A stretch of 63,377 nucleotides of DNA, the filler included, from Octopus bimaculoides (taxonomy: Eukaryota), in the NCBI RefSeq assembly GCF_001194135.2. It is 5 parts of 5 records of this genome, joined end to end, with 100 filler letters (N's around TTAATTAATTAA, not from the genome) between each part and the next. Parts side by side here need not be neighbours in the genome. Positions count along the whole stretch, not along the records: positions 20,953 to 40,884 come from NC_068989.1; positions 40,985 to 51,992 come from NC_068986.1; 3 more parts are not named here. One strand, written 5' to 3'. The stretch's first letter is position 1; every line of letters starts with the position of its first letter. Below the pieces are notes generated by a model, which made no database searches, was not told the origin of the DNA, and saw only the letters and a program-made list of their open reading frames with translations. The position numbers were made by a program, and so were the translations under genes. Below, one piece after another: positions 37,917-49,631 of this stretch.

Positions 37917-38139
37917 ATATAAGGATTTACTTTTCGTAGTGAGATAAAAAAAAAACCAAGGCTGTGCATAATATAGAACATTTATAGTTAACTATTGCTT
38001 AATCATCCTTTCACACCGTCTCCGATGAAGGCATATAATAAATATCCTGCAAACAGCTATAAGACATTCTATTTATAAATGTTCTATATTATGCACAGCC
38101 TTGATTTTTTATCTCATTGCGAAAAGTAAATCCTTATAT
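37917..38139. repeat. ~70-bp imperfect inverted repeat enclosing an 87-nt spacer
   Basis: 37917-37986 versus 38074-38139, differing by a few substitutions and A-run length. Confidence 0.9.
38018..38065 (+). ncRNA. Degenerate minimal hammerhead ribozyme motif
   Basis: Stem I gtct/agac; CCGATGA core; stem II agg..cct; GCAAAC-AGCT-AT-A (expected GAAAC-AGCT-GT-A). Confidence 0.5.
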
Positions 38140-38493
38140 TCACACGCTGATACATGACCTACGTTGGACCCCTTATTCGCATAACTACCGAACCTAGAGC
38201 TTAACTGTAGTCTATCCATAGCACTTACTCAGCATTACCTGAAACCCTTGGGTCTAATTGACACAACTATCACTCATAACCTATATATGTATGTATAAAT
38301 TTTGGTCGAATTTATCTTGTTACTTTTGAGTCTCACGGTGAAAGTCCAGGGCTTCCATGCAGGATATTACTGAAAAATTGATGAAGTCTGCACATCTACA
38401 TATAGATTTCTTGTCATAAGATGTAGTGGTGGAGGAAAAAATGATGAAGCGGGGTTGGGGAGGAAAGAACAAAAAGAACAGGATGTATAAGTA

Positions 38494-39023
38494 CAGTAAT
38501 GACTCGATATATGCGTTAGTTTGTTCCCGGAGATCACTCGTAAAGCGAAAACTTGTAAAGCAGAGCACTAATTTCCCATAGTAGCGATGTTATAAATTGT
38601 AATTCGTTCCCAGAAAAATAATTTACGATAAACAACAATAGAATTTAAATAATATCCTATGTAAAGTAAAAAGAGTGTCAAGATCATTTATAATTATAAT
38701 CGTTTTCTGAATCATTTTCACTCCCAACAGACTCGCGCACTTCATCACTTATAGACGCGATCACTGATTCACAAGCACTCGTAGACGGACTGGTAGATTT
38801 CTTTTTAAAAAATAAGTCTAGAGTTGTTTGCTTACAAGAAGCTTTTTTTCGCACTCTATAAATTTCTCGGTAACATACAGAAGCATTTGTTATGGTAGTA
38901 GAAACTTTTGTACCTTGTTCAAATTTCGGATATTGTGCTTTAACTTTTGTATATCGATTACAAAATAAAACTCGTAAACCCGGGGCCCCGTAAATCGGGT
39001 CCTCGTAAAGTGAGGTATTACTG
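38494..39023 (-). mobile_element. Tigger/pogo-like internally deleted DNA transposon
   Basis: TA-flanked CAGTAAT..CTC termini at both ends; retains transposase C-terminus-like text CYREIY...KQTTLDLFFKK. Confidence 0.8.
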
Positions 39024-39135
39024 TATATCATATATAAATGTGTGTGAGTGTGTTAGTGTGTATTACTCCTTGTTTTCCGTATGTTCAGGAGTCTTAGGAA
39101 CACATACAATGTGTGATTTCCTTTAGAAGATAGGA

Positions 39136-39452
39136 TATGGCGCAGTCGTTGCTGTGGGTAAGCAGGTTCCGGGTTCAGTCCCATTGCGTGGCAGCTTGGG
39201 CAAGTGTCTAGTGCCTCGGGCCGACCAAAGCCTTGTGAGTGGGTTTGGTAGACGGAAACTGAAAGGAGCCCGTCGTATATATGTGTGTGGGGGGTGTCAT
39301 TCTGTCTAGGTTTGTTCCACCGCTTGACAACTGGCGTTTACATCCCTGTAACTTAGCGGTTCGGTACAGGGGCGATTCATTCGACTAAATATTCTTCAAG
39401 GCGATGTCCCAGCATGGCCGCAGTATCATGACTGAAACATGTAAAAGATAAA
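39136..39452 (+). mobile_element. SINE family A, older variant
   Basis: B-box gggttcagtccc and family A body. Confidence 0.85.
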
Positions 39453-39729
39453 TGAGAAAGATGTGATTTGTAGACTATTTGGCTGCTATTTCTTCCAAGT
39501 CAACCGAAGGCAGAGTTAAAGAGAGACGAGCCTATTGATATATATATATATATATATAAACAATATATGAGTATATGCATATATATGTACATGTATGTAC
39601 ATACATTCATCTACATGTACATATAGATACGTGTGTGCGTGTGTATGTGTATGTGTATGTATACGTAAATGAATATGTATATAGTGTGTGTATAGAAAAA
39701 GACGGAGCGAGAGAGAGAGAGATAGAGAC

Positions 39730-39817
<88 letters not shown>

Positions 39818-40147
39818 ACAGACAGACACAGAGATAGAGAAAAAAAGAAAGTGTGTGTGTGGAGTGCGAAGGAAGATTATGAATATATAAATACTTAATA
39901 TCTATTCCTATTTGGCCACAGATGAACGCTTAGATATGTAAGCAGTAACTTAGTCTGACCAAGCTATACCATCGAAGAATACAAATCGATAGTTCTTCAG
40001 ATAAATAGTCAAATTGGTGCTATATGACCTTAATACACACAAATTCGGAATCGCCTATTGTTTTAGGCAAAAATTCTTACACTACATTTCACCCTTTCGT
40101 GCAGATATACAAACATACATACATACATACATACATACATACATACA

Positions 40148-40180
<33 letters not shown>

Positions 40181-40181
40181 G

Positions 40182-40227
<46 letters not shown>

Positions 40228-40554
40228 TATATATATACATATGTAAGTATAGGAAGTGCAGGTACATATATAATGCGCAAGCATGCGTGTGACCGAGTGC
40301 ATGTGTACGCATTTTCGAGAGTGCACGTGACTGTGTTTATACAAGCACGTATATATTTATTTGCATTTTGCTATCAGTTCTTCCGACCTGCACACTGCGG
40401 CCATAATGGAGCAGTGTAATACAGAAAGTTATTTTTTTCTTGTATTGATGAAATACGAGAAAAAAGTGCGTATCTGTCAGTATGTATGTATGTATGTATG
40501 CATGTATGCATGTCTATCTATTTATTTGTCTGTCTGTCTATCTATCTATCTATC

Positions 40555-40590
<36 letters not shown>

Positions 40591-40682
40591 TATATATATA
40601 TAATCGGGCGGGTTTATAATATTAACTGCTCTACATCTTAGAGTGTGCTTCTCCTCCGGATTTATGTATTTCTACAAACGAT

Positions 40683-40714
<32 letters not shown>

Positions 40715-40837
40715 ACACACAAATATATAGACACGTACACAGACACGCACATGTATGTATGTGTATATATGGATATATATATTACTTGTATGTATATATA
40801 TATGTGTAAATACATATATATTTATATAAATATATAT

Positions 40838-40884
<47 letters not shown>

Positions 40885-42557
40885 NNNNNNNNNNNNNNNN
40901 NNNNNNNNNNNNNNNNNNNNNNNNNNNNTTAATTAATTAANNNNNNNNNNNNNNNNNNNNNNNNNNNNNNNNNNNNNNNNNNNNTATATACATATACATG
41001 TATATATATACATATATATTGACGTAAACCCGCTGTTTTATCAGTTTCCGGTCACTTTTTTAAAGAATGACAGACGTGTCATTCTAACGATATATAGATG
41101 TGTCATATGAGATGCCTATCGTCGTCTGAAATAATGGAACAGTCATCTTCTTATATGTATTACTTACATATGTATGCATTTACTCAAACACGCGATGTCA
41201 GCATAACATCATGTTACAACGGACGAGTTATAATGATATAATTAATATTAATTTAAATATGCTAAAATAGTTACTAGGATATAATTGATTATTAAAAACA
41301 CTATTAAGCAAAATACACTTTAAATAGTAATAGTCGCTTCTCTCTTCAGACGTATGCTGTCAATAACATTTGATTTATATTATCGTCTAAGCTAATATCC
41401 TATTAAAAATCCTTGACATCATAATGTTATGTATATTGGCTGGATATCACATCTTAAGTGATCATAGAAATCAATCTAGAACATGTGTAGCAAGCGTCTT
41501 TCGATAGAGCTATTCTGTTAAGCTGTGATTATTTGCAGCGTATCGTTTTCCAATTTCTGACAATCATTCACTTTTTTTTTATAGAAAGTTATTTGTAGAA
41601 AACAAATATATACATATTTCAAACGTAAAGTTTTCAGTTACGTGTGGTATAAATATCGTATTTCACGATTGATAAAATACCATGTATTATCTTATACATA
41701 TATCGGATGGCAAGAACTACAACAGTTTCAAGTAAGATTAACAAGCATTAACTTAAGGCTGTCTCTAAAAAATATATTAATCTTGAATGTTAAAGAATTG
41801 ATTGTAAGATGTATGCAGAAATATAGAAATTCCGAATATCAATGTAAGCCACGAGAAAAAGCAAACATTGTATTCTAATTTATTCTAAAATGACCATCTT
41901 TATTATATCAATTCAGTCACTGGTTCAAAATGCTTTGTGCAGAAGTTGATGTCTTTTGTTCAGTAAGTTTTAATTGATTCATATTTATATTTTGAAGTTA
42001 TTTGATGGATGAAAGAAGCTACGATGTGTATTACACATCTAGTTAGAAACATTTAATTAATTATATAACTAACAGCACCCGTGGAAATTCCACGGTTGTT
42101 TTGAAAACCGTAAGATAGTTGGAAGTATATAAAGAACAATGGAATACATAGTCTCTTTTGAAATTATATATTGAAATACACAATTTCTTTTGAAATTGTA
42201 TATTTTTTAGATGGTATAAAAAAACCCACACAAGTAGTACAGAATGTGCAGTCTTAGATGACAACATTTCTGAAAGCACTATTCCTTGTTATACATTGGC
42301 TACTCCTTCTACCTTGAATGATGTTATCATTACTATGGAATAAAATCGAAGACATAAACTATCTATAAAATTATCCTGCTATTTCAAAACTACATTTGTA
42401 AAACTTTACCATATGTTAATAAACTGCATTACATCCATATTTTCATATCAGAGAAAAGTTCCTACGGCTAGATTTGAACAGAGTCACAACGAACGAAATA
42501 TATTAGCTGCCTCACTGAGCTGTGCATTCTACAGAACCATATCACTAATACACAAGT

Positions 42558-42800
42558 AGGTATGGCGGCATAACTAAAAAGTTTGCTTCTTAATCATGTT
42601 GTTTTTTGTTTAACCCCACTGCATAGCAACTTGGGCAAGTGTTTTCTACTATAAATGTCGAGTAGCTTAATAACTTGTGCGAAATTTGTTAGATTAAAAC
42701 AGCTTGAAAGCTTATCGTATGTATGTATGTATGTATGTATGTATGTATGTATGTATGTATGTATGTATGCATGTATGTATGTAAGCATGCATGCATGTGT

Positions 42801-42836
<36 letters not shown>

Positions 42837-42995
42837 AGGTTTGTATGTGTGAATGCGCCTATGTTTATGCCGTTTTTGAATTCGTTTATGTCGTTGAGGC
42901 ATGATAAGGTGACGTTCGACATATACACATTGATGAAGTAAGTGCCAAACTTAGAAATAATTACTGGGGTCGATATACCTGACTAAACTCTTGAA
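42558..42995 (+). mobile_element. Highly decayed SINE family A remnants split by microsatellites
   Basis: cttgggcaagtgttttctactata near 42630 and ctggggtcgat..gactaaa near 42965. Confidence 0.5.
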
Positions 42996-43322
42996 GGCAT
43001 TCCAATAATCGGGAAAAGACTAATTTAAAATACTTAGTCTCATGAAAATATGATATCTATCAGATTATGTCTTCGATTGCGTTCCATAGTTTGGAGCGTG
43101 ACACAAAATATAGGTAGGTGTGTACTAACTATTGTATTAATACACAAATAAAAAAAGTTAATTAACTGAAGCGACATCAGCTTCTATCCAGTCTAACGTG
43201 TGACTATGCCTTTTTTAATACAGTGGGGGGTAATAAAATAAACCAGAAAAATAACTGAAATTATTCAGGGTTTCACTGAATGTTTGTTTAAATATGTGCG
43301 GATAATTCTTTTGCGTTCAGTT

Positions 43323-43551
43323 TTACTTCGGGACTTTGCTTAAAAACACTCTGTTTTTACCGACCATGATTCCTTGTTGCGCTATCAAAACCTTCGATTT
43401 TAGATAAAACTTCTTGAAGAGAAAAAATGCTGTGGCACATACAAGACCCCCACAAAGCATGATAAAGGCTCCAGCAACGTGGCCTACATCAAATTGTTCC
43501 AAACGCAATTTATCTGATTTTTTATGACAACGATTAAGATCCTGCCACCAC
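43323..43551 (-). CDS. iGluR last identified exon, S2 end-M4-short C-tail
   Basis: Acceptor tactttcag. The first G completes the Arg codon, giving KRWWQDLNRC, then the M4 helix; TAA at 43325-43323. Confidence 0.9.
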
Positions 43552-45244
43552 CTGAAAGTAAAAGAATAAAATATTGAAACATTTACTTTCAGGTAGAATT
43601 AATAGTTCGGTACTTTCAAAACACGAAGTTAAGCAACAATGTTTAACACACACACACGCACGCGCGCGCAAACAGAGGGCCCTTTGTATAGTTTTTATGT
43701 TCCCAGCATTAATTATGCTAATACTAATTTAGCCATGGTTTTTCGGTCAGATAACGACTTAGAATAATTTATTCTTTGAGTTTTTACCTTTACAGACATA
43801 CATGTGTTCAATATTGTATATTTACTTAAAGGACCTCTTATAACTATATGAGCAAGTGCGGTGAACCCTATGCTTCACTGAGGGTATCTAATAATACTGA
43901 AATACGCCTAGATTTATCTCATGTATTTTCCGAAATATGATAATATTAGTGACAACTACTAATAACAGTTTCTTGTTGAGATTTGATGCTCGCTGCATTA
44001 GGTATGCTAACACCAACTAAGCTATTATCTAAAAAGTGAACTAAGTTAACAGACTGACTACAAATCCTATTACCAATAAATCAAAGTTATTTCTTTTTTC
44101 TCTACTGATATTTTTCTTAAATTTGTTTTGAATTGACTAAATGAACATCATCCAAGGTGGGCTTAACTTATAAATACCAAAAACGTAATACGTAAATATT
44201 TATATCCTAAATATCATTTACGTGAGTATTCAACTCATTGTCTATCTATAAATCATTCCTCCAATCATTCAACTGTTTAATTTCAGTCTATTTGTCCGTT
44301 TAGGCAAACTCTCACTCTTAACTGTCCATACCTTTGCATTTTCTCGGCTTTGATACTTACCGCTTGTTCATTTTCTCGATCAGTCCTTCTTCCTTCATTT
44401 TTAATAGTTCAATATTAATTTTTGTCTTGTAGAGAGCATTTTCTTTCATAGCAATACCATGTTCCATAATGAACACAGGTGTACCAACCTTGACAGTATC
44501 ACAATAAGTCATCGAAGCATGCGAAATAATTTGGTAGTCGAAGACAAACGCAAAGACGGAACTGTTGACGTTTTCGATCGCAGCAGTTGCATTCAAAAAA
44601 ACCCCTGACTCGTGCAGTCGGTCATAAAGCCTAGGGTACATATTACGTATCACTGCCATTGTATTAGAGTCTTTTACTGTGCCCCATGGCATAGAAGATA
44701 CTTCAAGATCTTCCAGAGAGTTTATAGGTTTTTCCAAACTCGGCATCGTAAGGAAAGCAGCTAAATTCGCTGTGTAAGTAGAAACGATGACTAAAACGAA
44801 GAAAGTATAACCCGCTGTTAGAATTCGTTGTGAAGTTCGATTTGGTGAAAAATCGGTACCTCTTGTCATGAGTGTGCCAATTGAGAACCACAGTGTCTCT
44901 TTAACTGTAAACTTACGTTCTTGATTAGGATAATCAAGTATAATAAACAAAATGCTCACGCCAACCACCGTGCCGAATATTGCCAACCATAAATGTGCTG
45001 AGAAGGAGACAAGAAACTGGAAAATGTGCTGAGTTCCTCGTGGCCTATTGATAAGTATGGTTATACCAGTTGTCATGATTCCAAGGCTAAAATCAACAAC
45101 TTTATCTCTTTCAGATGTCACTGATAAAGCCCCAACTCCAAGATCAGCTTGCTACAAATATAAACAAAAATATTCCTTATTCTTGTTACAATTTTACATG
45201 ACTACATATATATCTCCACAACCGATAAAATAGACAAATCAACA

Positions 45245-45297
<53 letters not shown>

Positions 45298-48294
45298 TGT
45301 GTGTACGTGTGTGTGTACGTTTGCGTGTGTGCGAATGTGTGAGTGTGTGGGGGTGTATACGAACGAAAGAAAAGAGCACTTAATACGACGTTTCGTTGAA
45401 TTTACACTGATTTGCATTAACAATTTGACGTGAAATCGTATTTTCGTGATTTTCTTCACTCGTGTGAGATTTTAAGTTTACACGCCAAGATAGATTCAAT
45501 AAATGTTTCGAGGAAAAATAGCCCAAAATATCTGGAATTCCAATCAAAATATCATTTGGATATTAGTTCTTAATAAGACATATTTATGCTATTAACATAA
45601 AAAGTTGCATGGAAAGTTGTAGGAATACGCATGAAACTTGAAGTAGATTTGAAATGTAGCTTTGAATCACCGATCTGCTATTTTCTGATCGCTTATTTCA
45701 AATTATGTTTGAGCGATTAATATTACAAAATAACGAAATAACATTTGAATCGCAAGGCTTGTATCTTGTAGACGACAATTTCACGGACATTCGGCTGTAG
45801 TTTGTCTGCAAGGGCTCTCAGAGAAAGATGCAAGTAATTAGTACAAATTTTAGTGATCACACCCAGGAATTTTTGTCAAGATTATTTTTTGGCAAACCGA
45901 GATGACCGGCTATGGGTAATTTTGTCATAGTCCAACAACTGGTTAAATGTAGTCATTAATTACTTTCAGTGACAGAACATACAGACTTTTCGATAATGCT
46001 GATAAAGTAAAAATACGAATGATTTTTAAAATAAATTTCCTAGCAATTAACTTTAGGTTTTGAAAAATACCGCAGGTAAATTAAAATTGGTGACCTGGTT
46101 ATGTTGCCTCTATTAAGTAAAGGGGTGAGAGAAATAAGATACTAACATTTGTTCTGATGGCTTCAATCATTCCATTCCAATTACCATCTGGATCCTTTAT
46201 TCCATAAGAATCGACGATCTTTAATTCGTATTTAAACGATAACCGGCGTTTTAACTCATTTATCAAATCAATTGTAAATCCGGTATAATTTCCATTTGTT
46301 CCATTTGTTTTGAATACAAACGGTCGCTCCTACAATAAAAATAGCAAATTAAATATTAACACTGAAGTTCTGATTATTTATAATAGTTTTCTCGACTATA
46401 GACGTTTATCTATCACAAGATTTTCTTAAATATGCAACAGGCTATTAGAGATAGAGCATCATAGGTCACGAAATTCTATCTTTCCACATAAGATAAACGT
46501 ACCTCTACAGCCATTATAATCTGTGTTTTGGCAAACAAGCCCTTCGAACGAATGGAATCACTGTTGTTTGTTTCAATGAAAGTCAGCCTTTCTCGAGAAG
46601 AATTCTTATCCGGCGTCCATATTCCGATCTAAAACATAGTACAAATACGAAATCTTATAAATTAAGATATGAACCAAGAATGTCGAAAAATTGACGAAAT
46701 CAGTTTTAGATTAAATGAAGATCATTGAAGTCTGTAATAAGTTTATTATTTGGTTACGGATTCATCTTGCAGTGTAAAATATTCCGTATTGCATTTATAT
46801 ATTAACCAAATTGTATAAGTACATTCGAAAGAATTTCTCAATAATTTGGGATCCAAATAATTCTAACACTTGAGTGATGTTGCTGAAGCTCATATTCTAT
46901 ATGAGGATTTATTATTATATTTGACAACTGTTTTACTAATGATTTGTATTTCATTTTCTTTTTGGACGAATAAATATATAAGTATACTTATTGGATGGAA
47001 CGGGGGAGGTCATGCTTGGAAGGGAAGCAACATCTTATTTACAAATTTTTAATTCAATTTTTTAAAATTTATATATACATTTAGTTATTTATCAGTCTCC
47101 TTTGGTTAACGTTCTTAAAGTCAATCTTAGTTCGTATTTGACATAGCAGGCGATTGGAAAGGTCTTTAATGACTAAGAACCCGTAAACATACTGAAGTAT
47201 TGTTTCTGTACACATAGTAAATAGGGGAATAATAACGAGTTCTTACATAAGGCTAAAAGTTTTAGGAGAAAGTAATTGTACGTGATTGACATTTTATTTT
47301 AAATACTCCGGAAGAAGGAAATGTAAAATTGAACTTGACCTGATTCGAACTAAAGATGTAACGAGCCTGGAAGAAATAACACGAAAGTATTTTGTCCAAC
47401 GTACTAAATGGTTCTGTCGACCACATTGAACAGGGACATAATATCACCATTGTACCACTATATGGAATGTACCCTACAGACATATATTGATTAATAAGTT
47501 AACTACCATAAAACGTTGTCATAGAGTATTCATAAATAAACTTTGTCATTCAATACAATACATTAGATGCCATGAAGTTCAAGGATTTCCGGAGAACAAT
47601 ACTGGAAAGATGTCTAAAAGACAGCACGAACTGACTAGTCTATGCAATTCGTATCTTGTCACCGTTATACCCATAGCCTTGTCTTTGTTGTAATGCACCT
47701 GTAAAAAAAAGAGACATTAAATTCCTTTTAACCAAGTGTGCATCACGCCAAGTATGTAGAACCAGAGTGGTGGCATAATTTCCTGCTAAAAGTATGCATT
47801 GACTTTGCGCTAAAACTGACGGAAGCTTGCAACTACCGAATTCAATTCCTCGTGCGGAAAATCGTTTTTCCTGATAGACATATAGCCAAGTCAGAAAACA
47901 AAAAGTCTCTCATTAGCTTAACGCAACTGAAGCAGTGATAATTATCGGTGCAGTAGAAGGTATAGATATGTGAAAGAGAAAGACGGGAGAGATAAAAGAA
48001 AAGAACAAAGAAGAATTGTTGATTTACCGCCTTGTTATCTTGACTATGTTGGTACAGATGTAAGGAATAGTTTTTCCGCTCACCAGTGGCATTAAAAGCA
48101 ATCCATCCTGTTTTACCATCTTCAATTACCACCTGACAGAAAGAACTTCAAATATTAATCCTAATGTCTCGAAGGGCTATCATAGAGTATGATTTATACA
48201 ATGCACCATGTTTTTTGTTATGCTTCGTACAAATACATCTCTTAGATAGAAGAACGTAACAGGCAATGGCTTTACGATTCATGACATTATTTTG

Positions 48295-48340
<46 letters not shown>

Positions 48341-49265
48341 NNNNNNNNNNNNNNNNNNNNNNNNNNNNNNNNNNNNNNNNNNNNNNNNNNNNNNNNNNNN
48401 NNNNNNNNNNNNNNNNNNNNNNNNNNNNNNNNNNNNNNNNNNNNNNNNNNNNNNNNNNNNNNNNNNNNNNNNNNNNNNNNNNNNNNNNNNNNNNNNNNNN
48501 NNNNNNNNNNNNNNNNNNNNNNNNNNNNNNNNNNNNNNNNNNNNNNNNNNNNNNNNNNNNNNNNNNNNNNNNNNNNNNNNNNNNNNNNNNNNNNNNNNNN
48601 NNNNNNNNNNNNNNNNNNNNNNNNNNNNNNNNNNNNNNNNNNNNNNNNNNNNNNNNNNNNNNNNNNNNNNNNNNNNNNNNNNNNNNNNNNNNNNNNNNNN
48701 NNNNNNNNNNNNNNNNNNNNNNNNNNNNNNNNNNNNNNNNNNNNNNNNNNNNNNNNNNNNNNNNNNNNNNNNNNNNNNNNNNNNNNNNNNNNNNNNNNNN
48801 NNNNNNNNNNNNNNACACACAATGTACCAGAGTGTTGGCCGTCATATGATGGTTAAGACTCTAGTGTATTAATATAATGGTAGCAATTGTGGTGAACATT
48901 TTGTTATAAATTTTTAAGTTAGCGAATACTCTAGTGATTAATGCAAAAACAAATAAACAACACAAACAAACCAACAAAACAAACAATCAAGCAGAATACT
49001 TACTCAGCTAACAAACAGCTTGAATAGCATTTAATGAAAATGCTCATTACAATATGTATTAACTATTACATATCATTTTCTCAACTACAACCAACTATTA
49101 TGTCATTTATTACTCCTCCTGTCGCTATGATTCTATTAACTAACTCTGTGTGTGTGTGTTGTGTGTGTGTGTTGTGTGTGTGTGTTGTGTGTGTGTGTTG
49201 TGTGTGTGTGTTGTGTGTGTGTTGTGTGTGTGTCGNNNNNNNNNNNNNNNNNNNNNNNNNNNNNN

Positions 49266-49317
<52 letters not shown>

Positions 49318-49561
49318 TATGTATGTGTGTATGTGTGCGTGCGTGCGCGTAGCGTTCCTTCACTTGTTGCCTACCAGCTACCCAAGTATGTGCACTTATC
49401 CTTCACCTGTTATGTTAACTCTATCTGTGTTTTCCTCTTCTCCCCGTTCTCTCTCTATATGACGTAAGCCTTGGCTGGAGAAATCGAGTAACCTTATTAA
49501 CATTTATATCGGGTATTGTTTATTACAGATCCTTAAACGTACATAATAATACACACACACA

Positions 49562-49631
<70 letters not shown>

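Noticed and set aside
41064-41085. 9-bp stem with GACG loop as a Helitron end
   Set aside because: No CTRR terminus at the expected distance; a hairpin this short is plausible by chance.
44361-45151. Naming the receptor IR25a, IR8a, GRIA, GRIK or GRID
   Set aside because: The pore lacks the IR25a/IR8a TPQGGG and the AMPA/kainate MQQG; delta-like residues alone do not establish orthology without a tree.
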